Notes: a model not told the origin generated them from the sequence alone. 64,000 nucleotides of DNA from an uncultured Acetatifactor sp. (GCA_910589655.1 CAJUTJ010000192.1:1051-65050); one strand, 5' to 3'; shown: positions 8,390 through 19,562, counted from the stretch's first letter. Numbers and translations are program-made.

Positions 8390-10360
8390 TTATTTGCTTT
8401 TTTTCTTTTTCCGTATAATTATTCTGCATAATCTGGAGATAAGTATTATCAGTAAGATTAACACTGCCAGAACAACCAAAACTGCCGCAATTATCATAAA
8501 AGCATATCTGTTCGGCTGTTTCAACAAATCTTTCAGGGAAGTACTGTCTTCCACAATTTTCCTGCCTTGGGCCGCAGCATAAATCTGCGGTACATTTGAA
8601 ATGCCGTCGCCGTCGGTATCTTCAAAGGATTCCATATATCTGGCAAATACGGTCCATGCTTTTAATTCCCGTCCGTTTTCCATGACAATGGCATCCTCTA
8701 TGTTTTCGATGGGAGTCCCGTCCGCAAACTTAGGAGTTACGGAGAGTAATCCATAAGATACATCCGTGACGGCTCCCAACATTTGTCCGCTGTACAAGTC
8801 TCCTACAACGCGGTATAGCTTGTCATCTTCGATCTCCACACGGTTTCCTTCATGATCCCGCAGATAGCAGTCTGTTACTTTGTTGAGGATTAACCGGTTG
8901 GGATTGTAGGAAAATTCCAATCCCGAAGTATAGAGTCTGGCATAAATCATGAGATCCGAGACGGAAGCGTCTATTTCTGCCACGGTCTTTAATTCTTCAC
9001 CTGTCAGATAGACGCTGATCACCGGATAGCCGGGAATCTCGTCCAAGCCGATACCCAGTGAGAAGGAGTTAAATACGTCCGTCACAGTGATATCGCCGGA
9101 GGGATAGGTATCCCGGACGCAGCCGTAAGGCACGATTGCCACATCCACAGGATGTCCGTCGTAGTCTGCCGCATGTTCCACAGTATATACATAAGCATCG
9201 GACATAATATTGCCCAGATTCTGATCCGTATGAGTCTGGGCCAAATCCTTGTAAGGACAGAAGCTGAAACCGTTCTGCGCCAGAACTTGGTCGTGGGTGT
9301 AGCCAAACTGCGAGAGATATACGGAGTCTACCAAATCCATCAGTGAGTCGATTTTATCCTGCGTGGCGGAATCGGCGTCAATCTCGTCCGTAATAGGAAT
9401 CAATTCATAATTCCGCCGGACATCCATAACCCATCTGCCGTTTTCGGTTTGGTTTAAAGTGAGGGAGCCCAGATACTTGCCGTATTCTCCGGCGGATACA
9501 ATATAAGTATCCCCATGACGAATGGGCTCTGTCAGCGCGGTATGGGTATGTCCGCTGATAATCAGGTCAATAGCCGGAACGCTTTTGGCTAAGATCTCGT
9601 CCTCTGATTTGCTTTCGTCGGGATTGGTGCCGCTGTGGGAGAGACAGATAATCATATCCGCATCCTCTTTTTCCTGAATTTCTTTTACCGTCTCTGCGGC
9701 AGCTTCGGAGATGTCCCTGAATTTTAATACACAGGTAGGCGCGCAGGCAAGGGCATCCTCGCCGAAAACACCAAGAATGGCAATCTTTACCCCGTCCTTT
9801 TCCACCATAATATAATCTCTCAGGCCGTATCGTTCAAAGGCATCTTTTAAAAGTTGCTGGTCTTCCGTAAGCCCTTCCGCTTCCATGGCCTCCCAGTCAA
9901 TATTGCAAAGTACCAAAGCGGGAACCGGCTCTCCGGAATCCACCGCCGCGTCCAGAGCGCCTGCAAGTCCCTTGGAGCGGTAGTCGAATTCATGATTGCC
10001 GAATGTAGTAGCTTCACAGCCAAGCTCCCCCAGCATACGAAGTTCCGCAGATTCAGTGCTGAAAATGGCCTGAACCAAAGTTCCCATGGAAAAGTCTCCG
10101 GCATCCAAAATCAATGTCTCCGGATTGTATGATTTATAGAGATTTATCAGAGATTTTATCCGTGCAAAGCCGCCCACGGAGATCTCCTTACCGTCCATAT
10201 TTGTGGAAAAGCTGTCCAGATGGGAATGGGTATCGTGGAAAAACATAATATCCACGGACTTCGGCGGATAAGTCTCATCTGCAATAGCAGTGACAGAAAT
10301 ACCTGCCAGTAATAAAACTGCTGCAAGGCAGAGTGCGGCCGACCTGAAAAATTGTTTCAT
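8390..10360 (-). CDS. Bifunctional metallophosphatase/5'-nucleotidase, signal peptide and C-terminal membrane anchor
   Basis: HDTHS, LDAGD, GNHEFD, LSHSG and SGHTH metallophosphoesterase motifs; C-terminal TM plus Lys-rich tail. Confidence 0.9.
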   Translation of the reverse strand: MKQFFRSAALCLAAVLLLAGISVTAIADETYPPKSVDIMFFHDTHSHLDSFSTNMDGKEISVGGFARIKSLINLYKSYNPETLILDAGDFSMGTLVQAIFSTESAELRMLGELGCEATTFGNHEFDYRSKGLAGALDAAVDSGEPVPALVLCNIDWEAMEAEGLTEDQQLLKDAFERYGLRDYIMVEKDGVKIAILGVFGEDALACAPTCVLKFRDISEAAAETVKEIQEKEDADMIICLSHSGTNPDESKSEDEILAKSVPAIDLIISGHTHTALTEPIRHGDTYIVSAGEYGKYLGSLTLNQTENGRWVMDVRRNYELIPITDEIDADSATQDKIDSLMDLVDSVYLSQFGYTHDQVLAQNGFSFCPYKDLAQTHTDQNLGNIMSDAYVYTVEHAADYDGHPVDVAIVPYGCVRDTYPSGDITVTDVFNSFSLGIGLDEIPGYPVISVYLTGEELKTVAEIDASVSDLMIYARLYTSGLEFSYNPNRLILNKVTDCYLRDHEGNRVEIEDDKLYRVVGDLYSGQMLGAVTDVSYGLLSVTPKFADGTPIENIEDAIVMENGRELKAWTVFARYMESFEDTDGDGISNVPQIYAAAQGRKIVEDSTSLKDLLKQPNRYAFMIIAAVLVVLAVLILLIILISRLCRIIIRKKKKSK

Positions 10361-10729
10361 GAATGTACTCCTTTATGATATTTATAATAGAATTTACGGA
10401 TAGAAGCTAAAACATAAACCTTATGCAACATTATATATTTTTGTGCTTTTTTACGCAAGGAATTTGTGGGAAATCTTTAATATGCCTATATCTGCATAAT
10501 CGTCTAAGAAAAGCCAGTCACTCAAAGAACTTGTGAAAATAAGATACGATATGGAGCACAGTGAGAGCCTTGCGAAGTATCCTGAATTAAAGGAGCGTAT
10601 GTAGTTCCTTTTACAGAATAGGTACATTTTTCGGCTGCCGCCGGAACTCATTCTAAGCTTATGGAAAAGAGAGGGCTGTATGAACGATTGTGGAAGGCGC
10701 AGGCGGATTGGTATAAGTAACAGATATTT

Positions 10730-10758
10730 TTGACAAAGAAGCAAGGAAGCATTATACT
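10730..10758 (+). promoter_or_regulatory. Sigma70/SigA promoter for the GH3 gene
   Basis: TTGACA-17 bp-TATACT. Confidence 0.75.
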
Positions 10759-10821
10759 AACCCTAACATAACAATATGCCGTAGAATCATAATTAAATCG
10801 GTATTTTAGGAGGTTTTTCAT

Positions 10822-13236
10822 ATGCAGAAATGGGCAAGGGCATTATACCAGCCGATGCTTCCGCTTGGGAAGGACGGCAGGAGGGTAACGGCAAGCAAAG
10901 AGCATATTCTGCTTTCCAAGAAAGCGGCAAAAGAAGGAATGGTGCTGCTTAAAAACGAAGAGTCCATACTTCCTCTGGCAAAGGGAAGCAAGGCAGCGTT
11001 ATTTGGAAAGGCAAGCTTTGATTATGTAAAAGGCGGCGGGGGAAGCGGTGACGTGACGGTTTCCTATATCCGGAATCTGTATGAGGGCTTGAAGGAAAAG
11101 TCGGATGTGCTGACTGTTTTTGAGGAGTTATCCGATTTTTATAGGGAGAACGTAAGGGAACAGTATGCGTCGGGCAGCATCCCCGGACTTACAAAAGAGC
11201 CGGAGATTCCGGAAACATTGTTAAAAAAAGCGAGAGCATTTACGGATACGGCGATTATTGCCATCAGCAGGTTTTCCGGAGAGGGATGGGACAGAAGCGT
11301 GGAATCCTCCGGCCGGAAGCTGGAACATGTGGAGGATAAGAACCTCTATGAAGCGTCCCAGAAAGTATTTGAAAGAGGAGATTTTTACTTAAGCCGTGCC
11401 GAGGAGACTATGGTGAATACGGTGAAAAAAGCTTTTCCGAAGGTAATTGTAGTCTTAAATGTGGGAGGTATGGTGGATTCTGCATGGTTTGCGGAGGACA
11501 GAGAGATACAGTCCGTCCTGATGGCATGGCAGGGCGGCATGGAAGGCGGTCTTGCGGCAGCGGAATTGCTGGTGGGTGAAGGAAATCCCTGTGGTAAACT
11601 GGCGGATACCTTCGCAAAACGGCTGGCGGACTATCCTTCCAGTGACAATTTCCATGAATCGGAAGCCTATGTGGATTATACCGATGACATCTATGTGGGA
11701 TACCGCTATTTTGAGACCATACCGAAGGCAGCGGAAAAGGTAAACTATCCCTTTGGATACGGACTATCCTACACGTCATTTTCCCTGAAGGTATCTTCGG
11801 CCGAAAAGAAGGGGGAACATATCGAAATTACCGTATCGGTATGTAATACCGGGTCTGTTCCCGGAAAAGAAGTAGTGCAGGTTTATTTCAGCGCTCCTCA
11901 GGGAAAGCTGGGTAAGCCTTCGAGGCAGCTGGCAGCTTTCCAAAAGAGCCGTCTTCTGGCGCCCGGTGAGACCCAGACCATGGTTCTTCGGTTTATGGTC
12001 AAGGATATGGCGTCCTATGATGATATGGGGAAGATTGTCAAAGGGGCGTATCTGCTGGAACGGGGAACTTATCGTTTCTATGTGGGGACATCCGTGAGGG
12101 ATACTATGGAAACGGATTTTATCGTAGAAGTTTCCGAGGACATGGTAACGGAACAGCTTTCCAATAAGCTGACCCCCACCTCTTTAAAGAAAAGAATGTG
12201 TGCCGATGGCAGCTTTGAGGAGCTTCCTGTGGGAAAGCCCTATGATACGGATGAAGACGTATTGGAGCATCTTCCTTTAGAGAAGACGGACGGGCTGGCT
12301 CCTTCGGTAAAAGCACAGGATAGATATAAGGTTTGGGGAGAGGAAACGGAGATACATACCTTTGCGGAAGTGGCGGAGGGAAGCGTGACCATGGAAGAAT
12401 TTATGGCACAGCTTTCCGAGGAACGGCTGGCAGACCTATTGGGCGGACAGCCGAATACCGGAGTGGCGGATGTATTCGGGTACGGGAATCTGCCGGAATA
12501 TGGAGTGCCCAATGTGATGACTGCGGACGGCCCGGCAGGTCTGAGAATCCGGCCGGACAGAGGGGTGTGTACCACGGCATGGCCTTGTGCAACCCTGTTG
12601 GCGTGTACATGGAATCCCCGATTGGTGGAGCAGGTGGGCGCCGCAGGAGGTGCGGAGGTAAAGGAGAATAATATCACCCTGTGGCTGACGCCCGCCATTA
12701 ATATCCATAGAAGCCCACTGTGCGGCAGGAATTTCGAATATTATTCCGAGGATCCTTTCCTGACAGGCAAGCTGGCGGCAGCTATGGTCAGAGGTATCCA
12801 GAGCAACCGCGTGGGAGCCGCCGTAAAGCATTTTGCCTTGAACAATAAGGAGACGAACCGTAAAAACAGCGATTCCCGGGCATCGGAGAGGGCCATCCGG
12901 GAAATATATTTGAAAGCTTTTGAAATAGTGGTAAAAGAGGCGGATCCGTGGTGTATCATGTCCGGTTACAATATTATTAACGGGCGCAGAGCCTCGGAGA
13001 ACAGAGAGCTTTTGGAAGATATTCTGCGGGGAGAATGGGGATTTGGCGGAATGGTAACTACCGACTGGTGGACAGCCGGCGAGCATTATAAGGAAGTTAA
13101 GGCAGGAAACGACGTCAAGATGGGCTGCGGATTTCCCGAGAGACTGTTGGAGGCTATGGAGAAAGGCGCTTTGAGCCGTGAAGAGATGGAGATTTGTGCC
13201 CGAAGGGTTCTGAATATGATATTAAAAGCGGATTAA
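10822..13236 (+). CDS. GH3 beta-glucosidase, inverted domain order (GH3_C, Fn3, then GH3_N)
   Basis: EGMVLLKN, GGGGSG, YPFGYGLSYT, GKEVVQVY, then ADGPAG, GRNFEYYSEDP, KHFALN and TTDW (nucleophile). Confidence 0.92.
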   Translation: MQKWARALYQPMLPLGKDGRRVTASKEHILLSKKAAKEGMVLLKNEESILPLAKGSKAALFGKASFDYVKGGGGSGDVTVSYIRNLYEGLKEKSDVLTVFEELSDFYRENVREQYASGSIPGLTKEPEIPETLLKKARAFTDTAIIAISRFSGEGWDRSVESSGRKLEHVEDKNLYEASQKVFERGDFYLSRAEETMVNTVKKAFPKVIVVLNVGGMVDSAWFAEDREIQSVLMAWQGGMEGGLAAAELLVGEGNPCGKLADTFAKRLADYPSSDNFHESEAYVDYTDDIYVGYRYFETIPKAAEKVNYPFGYGLSYTSFSLKVSSAEKKGEHIEITVSVCNTGSVPGKEVVQVYFSAPQGKLGKPSRQLAAFQKSRLLAPGETQTMVLRFMVKDMASYDDMGKIVKGAYLLERGTYRFYVGTSVRDTMETDFIVEVSEDMVTEQLSNKLTPTSLKKRMCADGSFEELPVGKPYDTDEDVLEHLPLEKTDGLAPSVKAQDRYKVWGEETEIHTFAEVAEGSVTMEEFMAQLSEERLADLLGGQPNTGVADVFGYGNLPEYGVPNVMTADGPAGLRIRPDRGVCTTAWPCATLLACTWNPRLVEQVGAAGGAEVKENNITLWLTPAINIHRSPLCGRNFEYYSEDPFLTGKLAAAMVRGIQSNRVGAAVKHFALNNKETNRKNSDSRASERAIREIYLKAFEIVVKEADPWCIMSGYNIINGRRASENRELLEDILRGEWGFGGMVTTDWWTAGEHYKEVKAGNDVKMGCGFPERLLEAMEKGALSREEMEICARRVLNMILKAD

Positions 13237-13238
13237 TA

Positions 13239-13393
13239 GGTACTTTTCTCATCCACGCCAGCGCGAGGCGTTTTCACTCGTTTTTTGCGTGAACAAACCA
13301 AAGCGATTAAAATAATGGCAGGGGCAGCCGTGCGAGAAACCGCTGTTTTGCGGTTTCTGTGCATACGTTACTGGTCACGGAGTGAACAGCAAC
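13239..13393. repeat. MITE/REP-like element, family A
   Basis: Similar along its length to 2416-2568; shares GAAACCGCTGTTTTGCGGTTTCTGTGCAT and ends GTGAACAGCAAC. Confidence 0.8.
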
Positions 13394-13583
13394 CATTAAT
13401 ATAGTTTTAATAAAATTTAATGTTTCCTTTCGTGACATACTATGAAAAATGTGATATGTTTTAGAAAATGCATTGTCGCTATAAGCATTTTTCAAACACG
13501 CTCTGGGAACCGTTTCTTGCAGATTCATCCTATAATAAATTGCAAAGCTATCTAGGAACGGTTTTTTAGGAAAGGATTTATGT

Positions 13584-15161
13584 ATGAGTAGGGAAACGGA
13601 TAATGAAATGAGGCAGATTCAGCAAGGGCTGGAAGCGTTTTTGCAGCAAGAGCTTCAGGAGATGGAAGCGGAGGGCAGACAGAGGGCGCAGGAGCCTCAG
13701 CTTTTTACTATAGAAGAAGAGGAAGAAACGGAAGAGGGGTTGGAGGTTATCGGAAGCACATCCAGCAGGAAAAAGACGCCTGCGAAGAAGCGTGTCAGAG
13801 AGGACTATTATATAGAAGACTGGGACAGCCCGGATTTAAAGCCTAAGAGTCAGAGCCGTAGATCACAATACGGAAACGAAGCGCCGCGAGGCCGCAGACC
13901 ACAATACGAAGACGAAGCGCCGCGAGGCCGCAGACCACAATACGAAGACGAAGCGCCGCGAGGCCGCAGATCGCAATATGAAGACGAAGCGCCGCGAGGC
14001 CGCAGGACACAATATGAAGACGAAGCACCGCGAGGCCGCAGGACACAATATGAAGACGAAGCACCGCGAGGCCGCAGAACACAATCTCAAAAGAATGCCG
14101 TAAGGGGACGCGCCAGAGAGGAATATTATGAGGAACCTCCCAAATCTGCAAAGGGCAGAAAGAGTTCGAGAACAGAAGCTATGGATCCGCCGAAAAAACG
14201 GCGAAAGAAAAAGCCGTTTTCGGGATTGAAAAAGCTTTTGATCGCGGCGCTTATTCTGTTTGCGCTGATCGGCGGGGGATTGCATGTTTTGGTGGGCAAT
14301 GTCTATGATAAGATGAACTTTGAGCCTATAGATTCCGTGGCGGAGCTTCCCATGGAGGAGGACGGAGTAATCAATGTTCTGCTCATCGGAAACGATTCCC
14401 GGCAAAACGGTGAGGATGGGCGTTCCGATGCCATGATCCTGTTGTCTGTAAGCAGTAAGACCAAGACCATTTATATGACTTCTCTATTGAGGGATATGTA
14501 TGTGGATATCCCGGGAAGGGAAGGAAACCGATTGAACGCAGCGTACTCTTTTGGCGGTGCGGAGCTTTTGATGGAAACTGTGGAAAAGAATCTGGATATT
14601 CCCGTAAACCGGTATGTGCTGGTAAACTTTGAAGCTTTTGCCAATCTGGTGGATGCGGTAGGAGGAGTGGATCTGGAGCTGACCACGGAAGAGATTGAGT
14701 ATGTAAACGGATATTTGGTGGAATATAATATGCTTACCAACCGTCCTCAGGGCACGGACAATATGGATACCACAAAACCGGGAATGGTGCATTTAAACGG
14801 TCCTCAGGCTCTTGCATACTGCCGGAACCGATATATCGGTACGGATTTCGGACGAACCGAGAGACAGCGCAAGGTGCTGACTGCCGTGATCAAAAAGATG
14901 CCCACAGCCGTGGGAACCAATTATCAGGAACTGATTGACGGATTGATGCCCAATCTGACCACAAACCTGACCCAAAGTGAATGCTACCGCCTGAGCTTAA
15001 TGGCAGGCAAGCTGCTGACCTATGATATTATTTCCGACAACATTCCCCAACCGGGAACTTACCAGAATGCCACCATCCGGAAAATGGCCGTATTGGAAGT
15101 AGATTTCGAGGCCAATATTAAATATTTGAAGGAAAAGATTTACGGTGAAACCGTAGAATGA
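13584..15161 (+). CDS. LCP (LytR-CpsA-Psr) family cell-wall glycopolymer transferase
   Basis: Single TM followed by NVLLIGND, GRSDAMIL, SLLRDMYV, RLNAAY and DFGRTERQR. Confidence 0.92.
   Translation: MSRETDNEMRQIQQGLEAFLQQELQEMEAEGRQRAQEPQLFTIEEEEETEEGLEVIGSTSSRKKTPAKKRVREDYYIEDWDSPDLKPKSQSRRSQYGNEAPRGRRPQYEDEAPRGRRPQYEDEAPRGRRSQYEDEAPRGRRTQYEDEAPRGRRTQYEDEAPRGRRTQSQKNAVRGRAREEYYEEPPKSAKGRKSSRTEAMDPPKKRRKKKPFSGLKKLLIAALILFALIGGGLHVLVGNVYDKMNFEPIDSVAELPMEEDGVINVLLIGNDSRQNGEDGRSDAMILLSVSSKTKTIYMTSLLRDMYVDIPGREGNRLNAAYSFGGAELLMETVEKNLDIPVNRYVLVNFEAFANLVDAVGGVDLELTTEEIEYVNGYLVEYNMLTNRPQGTDNMDTTKPGMVHLNGPQALAYCRNRYIGTDFGRTERQRKVLTAVIKKMPTAVGTNYQELIDGLMPNLTTNLTQSECYRLSLMAGKLLTYDIISDNIPQPGTYQNATIRKMAVLEVDFEANIKYLKEKIYGETVE
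13863..14078 (+). repeat. Coding tandem repeat, 6 x 36 bp, (S/P/T)QYEDEAPRGRR
   Basis: Six contiguous 36-bp units in frame in the LCP N-terminus; unit 1 reads SQYGNEAPRGRR. Confidence 0.95.
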
Positions 15162-15260
15162 TATAATAAGCATCAGGGGGAAATCCTTTAGAGACCGGAT
15201 TCGGCAACTGTTAACAAAACAGTCATAATGGCTGCTCTATCATTACGTTAGGAGGTATTT

Positions 15261-16547
15261 ATGGAAACGGGGAACAGAAAAAAGATAAATGGGAAACTTA
15301 TCATTGCCATATTAGTGGTTTTTGCTTCATTTTTTGCCGCACAGCTTGTCATCCTTATGCTGCTTTCAGCAGATATTATAGGGGTTGTGGTTGCAATGAT
15401 ACTTACTGTGGCGGTGATTATTGCTATGATGTCGGTTATGGTAGGGGTGGCATGGTCATTGTTAAATCCGATTCTGGCGGTCTTTGACAGCAATTTGGCA
15501 GCAGGCGCGGTGAATGACAAACTGAAACGTAGAATCGATAAACTGGCATCCCGCGACGACGATATCGGAGCCATGATCCGCAAGGCAAGCTCCATGGTCA
15601 ACGGGCTTGCATCCGGTACAAGGGGGATAAAGGATACCATAGGGGAGCTGGAAGGAATATCCTCCGGTTTCCGGCAGGTCTTTAACGAGATGGAGACTTC
15701 CATGCAGGATACCACCTCCAAGGTGGATACCATTATAAGAAATACGGTTTCACAGGAAAATTATACACAGGATATGAAGGTTAAAATCGACGCCATCGGT
15801 TGTGCCGTGGAAAACGTCAATACCAATATTCAGGAGCTGTCCGCAAGCGCAAGAATACTGGAGAACAGCCAGAATGATGCGGCCCGTATTATGAACGAAT
15901 TGATCGGGATAAGCAAGGAGAGCGGAACGGCTATAGAAGAGGTCAAGAACCAGACCAGCCGGACCAATAAATCCGCTCAGCAGATCCGTACCGCCACGGA
16001 AATCATTGCAGGCATTTCCAGCCAGACCAATCTGCTTGCTTTAAATGCCAGCATTGAAGCGGCAAGAGCCGGCGAACATGGCAAGGGCTTTGCCGTGGTT
16101 GCGGACGAAATCCGTATACTGGCAGATCAGTCCAAGGAATCCACGGAGCAGATCAACAGGATTGTAAACGATCTGATAGCCAATTCGGATATCAGTGTAG
16201 AAATCACGGAGAAGGTTTCTCATGCCTTTACGGAGCAGAACAAAAAGGTGGAGGAGACAGGGATAATATTTAAGGAATTGAATTCCGAGATCATAAAGAC
16301 GGGCAATATTATTAAGAGTATTCATTCCGAGATGTCGGATCTGGATAATCATAAAAACGTGATCGGGGAAAGTATAGATTCCATGGTGGAATTTGCCGAG
16401 GAAAACGCACAGCACGCTTCGGTTACTTCCGATAATGTAAAAGGACTTGACGAGATGGTGGATAATTGTACGGAAATGGTGAAGCAGGTTACGGATGCAT
16501 CCGGAAAACTTGCCGGATACATAAAGGAATTGGATATTAAATTCTAA
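15261..16547 (+). CDS. Methyl-accepting chemotaxis protein
   Basis: [31 protein letters not shown] signalling hairpin; two adjacent N-terminal TMs and HAMP-like RDDDIG. Confidence 0.92.
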   Translation: METGNRKKINGKLIIAILVVFASFFAAQLVILMLLSADIIGVVVAMILTVAVIIAMMSVMVGVAWSLLNPILAVFDSNLAAGAVNDKLKRRIDKLASRDDDIGAMIRKASSMVNGLASGTRGIKDTIGELEGISSGFRQVFNEMETSMQDTTSKVDTIIRNTVSQENYTQDMKVKIDAIGCAVENVNTNIQELSASARILENSQNDAARIMNELIGISKESGTAIEEVKNQTSRTNKSAQQIRTATEIIAGISSQTNLLALNASIEAARAGEHGKGFAVVADEIRILADQSKESTEQINRIVNDLIANSDISVEITEKVSHAFTEQNKKVEETGIIFKELNSEIIKTGNIIKSIHSEMSDLDNHKNVIGESIDSMVEFAEENAQHASVTSDNVKGLDEMVDNCTEMVKQVTDASGKLAGYIKELDIKF

Positions 16548-16605
16548 AATACCAATTGCCGTAGTGAATGAGCGAATAGCAGCTTTAAAATAGGAAGGTG
16601 GAAAT

Positions 16606-16923
16606 ATGGGTTTCGATGGTATGATTATTGTATTTGTAGGGGTAATGTGCCTCTATGTAGCGATTAAGACATTCAGCGCCACAGAACGGAATAAGGTTTT
16701 TAATAAGCGTCCTATCGATGTGGTAGACGTGAAAAAGTATAATCGGTTTTGCGGCAGTTTGATTTTGGGATTCGGCATTGCGGCTGAGATTACCATTGTG
16801 GCCATGATTTTCACTACCGGGATTATAAGCGTACTTTGCACTCTTGGGGTAATCGGAGAAGCGATGCTTGTGGTTTATATTTATAATAAATTCGAACTGA
16901 GATTTCTGAAAAAGCGGGGATAA
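16606..16923 (+). CDS. Small hypothetical membrane protein (about 3 TM)
   Basis: GGAAGGTGG RBS, hydrophobic segments; no family recognised. Confidence 0.7.
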   Translation: MGFDGMIIVFVGVMCLYVAIKTFSATERNKVFNKRPIDVVDVKKYNRFCGSLILGFGIAAEITIVAMIFTTGIISVLCTLGVIGEAMLVVYIYNKFELRFLKKRG

Positions 16924-17063
16924 TTTTGGGGTGCCGGCATTTGGCCGGAAGTCATGAGGCCGCGGCGGAAAGAACCGTATGGCAGAAAAAGATGGCGCTT
17001 TCGGCAAGGCACTAACCGCGAAAGAGGGGATTGGGAATGATTTATAAGAGGGGAAGAGGAACC

Positions 17064-18230
17064 ATGGCCGTGTCGGCGGTTTTGGGGGTATGTCTGATGA
17101 CCGGCTGTACGGAAGAAACATGGGGGATGGCATCCGCAGCAGCGTCACGTCCTCAGTCATTGGAAGATATGGCTGTATCCGTGGAACCGCCTATTATTCC
17201 CGCGTCGGCAGAACCCTCGGCGGAGGGAAGCTCTGTCCCCGCAGAAAGTGTCATGTCGGAAGAGGAACTGCCTGATACCGTGACCATCACGATTTCGGCT
17301 GCCGGTGACGTGACTCTGGGCACTCATCAGGAGCAGGACTACGGGTATTCCTTTCGTCAGGCATATGATCAGGCGGAAAACGAAAGCTATTTCTTTGCCA
17401 ATGTTTATGATATTTTCAGCGCCGACGATATGACGCTGGTGAATTTGGAGGGACCCTTGACGCTTGCGGAGGAAGCCAGAGAAGGTCAGGTTTACAGTAT
17501 TAAGGGTGATCCGGAATATGTGAACATTTTAACTGCGGGCAGCGTGGAAGCGGTCAGCATGGGGAATAACCATATGATGGATTATTTGCAGCAAGGAAGA
17601 GACGATACGGTGCAGGCGGTGGAAAATGCCGGAATTGTCTATGCCTGTGAGAAGATAACCGGAATTTACGAAGTAAAAGGGATCCGCATCGGCATGATTT
17701 CCGTCAATGAGGTATCTCAAGGGTATTTGGTGGAGAAAACCATACAGAATGCCATTACCGAGCTTCAGGGGCAGGATGCTGACCTGATTCTTGTCAGCTG
17801 CCACTGGGGGGTGGAAAGGGAATATTCCCCCGAAGATTATCAAAAGATTCTCGGAGAAAAGTGTATTGATTGGGGAGCGGATCTTGTGATAGGGCATCAT
17901 CCCCATGTATTACAGGGAATTGACGAATATAAGGGTAAATATATTATCTACAGTCTGGGAAATTTCTGCTTCGGTGCAAACCGGAATCCTGCGGACAAGG
18001 ATTCTATGATATTTCAACAGACGTTCACTTTTGTAGACGGGGAGAAGCAGGAGGATCAGGAGATCCGTATTATCCCTTGCTCCGTCAGCTCCGTGCCCGA
18101 CCGGAACAACTTTCAGCCCACACCCGCCGCAGGTGAGGAGAAAACCAGAATTATCAACCGTATCAATGAGTTCAGTCAGGAGTTCGGGGTGCGGTTTGAC
18201 GGGGACGGCTGCCTGCAACGGGGTCTGTGA
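17064..18230 (+). CDS. CapA/PGA_cap family metallophosphatase-like lipoprotein
   Basis: AAGDVTL, VNLEGPL, GNNHMMDY, SCHWG, GHHPHVLQG, YSLGNF; lipobox-like LMTGC; start uncertain (17037 or 17064). Confidence 0.85.
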   Translation: MAVSAVLGVCLMTGCTEETWGMASAAASRPQSLEDMAVSVEPPIIPASAEPSAEGSSVPAESVMSEEELPDTVTITISAAGDVTLGTHQEQDYGYSFRQAYDQAENESYFFANVYDIFSADDMTLVNLEGPLTLAEEAREGQVYSIKGDPEYVNILTAGSVEAVSMGNNHMMDYLQQGRDDTVQAVENAGIVYACEKITGIYEVKGIRIGMISVNEVSQGYLVEKTIQNAITELQGQDADLILVSCHWGVEREYSPEDYQKILGEKCIDWGADLVIGHHPHVLQGIDEYKGKYIIYSLGNFCFGANRNPADKDSMIFQQTFTFVDGEKQEDQEIRIIPCSVSSVPDRNNFQPTPAAGEEKTRIINRINEFSQEFGVRFDGDGCLQRGL

Positions 18231-18408
18231 CTTTGTTATAGTAGAGAGAAAATTTGGGAAGAAATCATTCCTCAAAGGTTGGATAAAAAATGCGTATTCA
18301 ACGATTAAGCCATGAAGCAGAGTCTTCCGGCAGTTCGGATGTTAAGTAAGCCGCTGTGAATGCATTCTGATACATGGCAGCGCGTCGCAACGCGCGGATG
18401 GAATTAAA

Positions 18409-19551
18409 ATGGAAACTAGAAAATTGGAAAAGTTAGGAATTGAAACTTCCCTGTTAGGTTTTGGCTGTATGCGTTTCCCAACGACGCCGGAGGGCGGCAT
18501 TGATGAGGCGGAAGCGGAGAAAATGATGGATAAAGCCATTGCTGCCGGTGTTAATTACATTGACACGGCATATCCCTATCATGGGGGAGCCAGTGAACCT
18601 TTTGTGGGTAAGGTGCTGAAAAAGTATGACAGAAACAGTTTCTATCTGGCTACCAAGCTTCCTGTCTGGAAGGTTGAGGCGATAGAGGATGTGGATACGG
18701 TCTTTTGCGAGCAGCTGTCCAGACTACAGACGGAATACATAGATTTTTATCTGATGCACGCGCTGAACAAGGAACGTTTTGACCGGATGGTGGAAATAGG
18801 CTGCATTGAAAGACTTGAACAGTTGAAGGCGGAGGGAAAGATTCGCTATCTGGGCTTCTCCTTCCATGATGACTATGAGACTTTTGAGAGAATTCTTAAC
18901 CATAGAGACTGGGACTTCTGCCAGATTCAGCTGAATTATATGGACGCGGAAGAGCAGGCCGGTCTAAAGGGATATAAGCTTGCGGAAAGCAAGGGCGTGC
19001 CCATGGTGATAATGGAACCTATAAAGGGCGGTTCGCTGGCAGCCTTTGCGGAAGACATCACCGGGCGGTTCCGTAACCTGGATCCGGAGGCATCGGTGGC
19101 TTCCTTTGCGCTGCGCTGGGTGGGAAGTCTGCCCAATGTAAAAGTAATTTTGAGCGGAATGTCTACCATGGAACAGGTGGAAGACAATCTGAAGACTTTC
19201 GGTTCCTTCCGGCCTCTGTCCGAAAAGGAGAGCCATGAGATCGATGAAATTGTAACGCTGATTAACAGCCGCGTGCAGAACGGATGTACGGGATGCAATT
19301 ATTGTATGCCCTGTCCTGCGGGAGTAAATATTCCCGGCAATTTTAAAGTCTGGAATACCTATCATATGTACCAGAATTACGGTATGGTGAAGGGCAGATG
19401 GGAGAAGGAGCTTGGGGAAGCCGCACAGGCAAAGAATTGTGTAAAATGCGGTAAGTGCGAACAAGTCTGCCCCCAGAAGCTTTCCATCCGGGAGCATTTG
19501 GAGAAGGTGCAGGCGGACATGGACAAGAAAGAATTTGTTTTGCAAAGATAA
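18409..19551 (+). CDS. Aldo/keto reductase with C-terminal 4Fe-4S dicluster
   Basis: LLGFGCMRFP, NYIDTAYPY, ATKLP, YIDFYLMH; CTGCNYCMPCP and CVKCGKCEQVCP. Confidence 0.9.
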   Translation: METRKLEKLGIETSLLGFGCMRFPTTPEGGIDEAEAEKMMDKAIAAGVNYIDTAYPYHGGASEPFVGKVLKKYDRNSFYLATKLPVWKVEAIEDVDTVFCEQLSRLQTEYIDFYLMHALNKERFDRMVEIGCIERLEQLKAEGKIRYLGFSFHDDYETFERILNHRDWDFCQIQLNYMDAEEQAGLKGYKLAESKGVPMVIMEPIKGGSLAAFAEDITGRFRNLDPEASVASFALRWVGSLPNVKVILSGMSTMEQVEDNLKTFGSFRPLSEKESHEIDEIVTLINSRVQNGCTGCNYCMPCPAGVNIPGNFKVWNTYHMYQNYGMVKGRWEKELGEAAQAKNCVKCGKCEQVCPQKLSIREHLEKVQADMDKKEFVLQR

Positions 19552-19562
19552 AACAGTTTGAG

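Noticed and set aside
10451..10744. 97-aa minus-strand ORF or gene remnant in the nucleotidase-GH3 gap
   Set aside because: No RBS or recognisable motif, and it overlaps the GH3 promoter
13863..14078. 36-bp repeats as a CRISPR array
   Set aside because: Units are contiguous with no spacers, lie in frame within the LCP gene, and no cas genes are present
17064..18230. Poly-gamma-glutamate capsule operon
   Set aside because: CapA-like gene stands alone, without capB or capC
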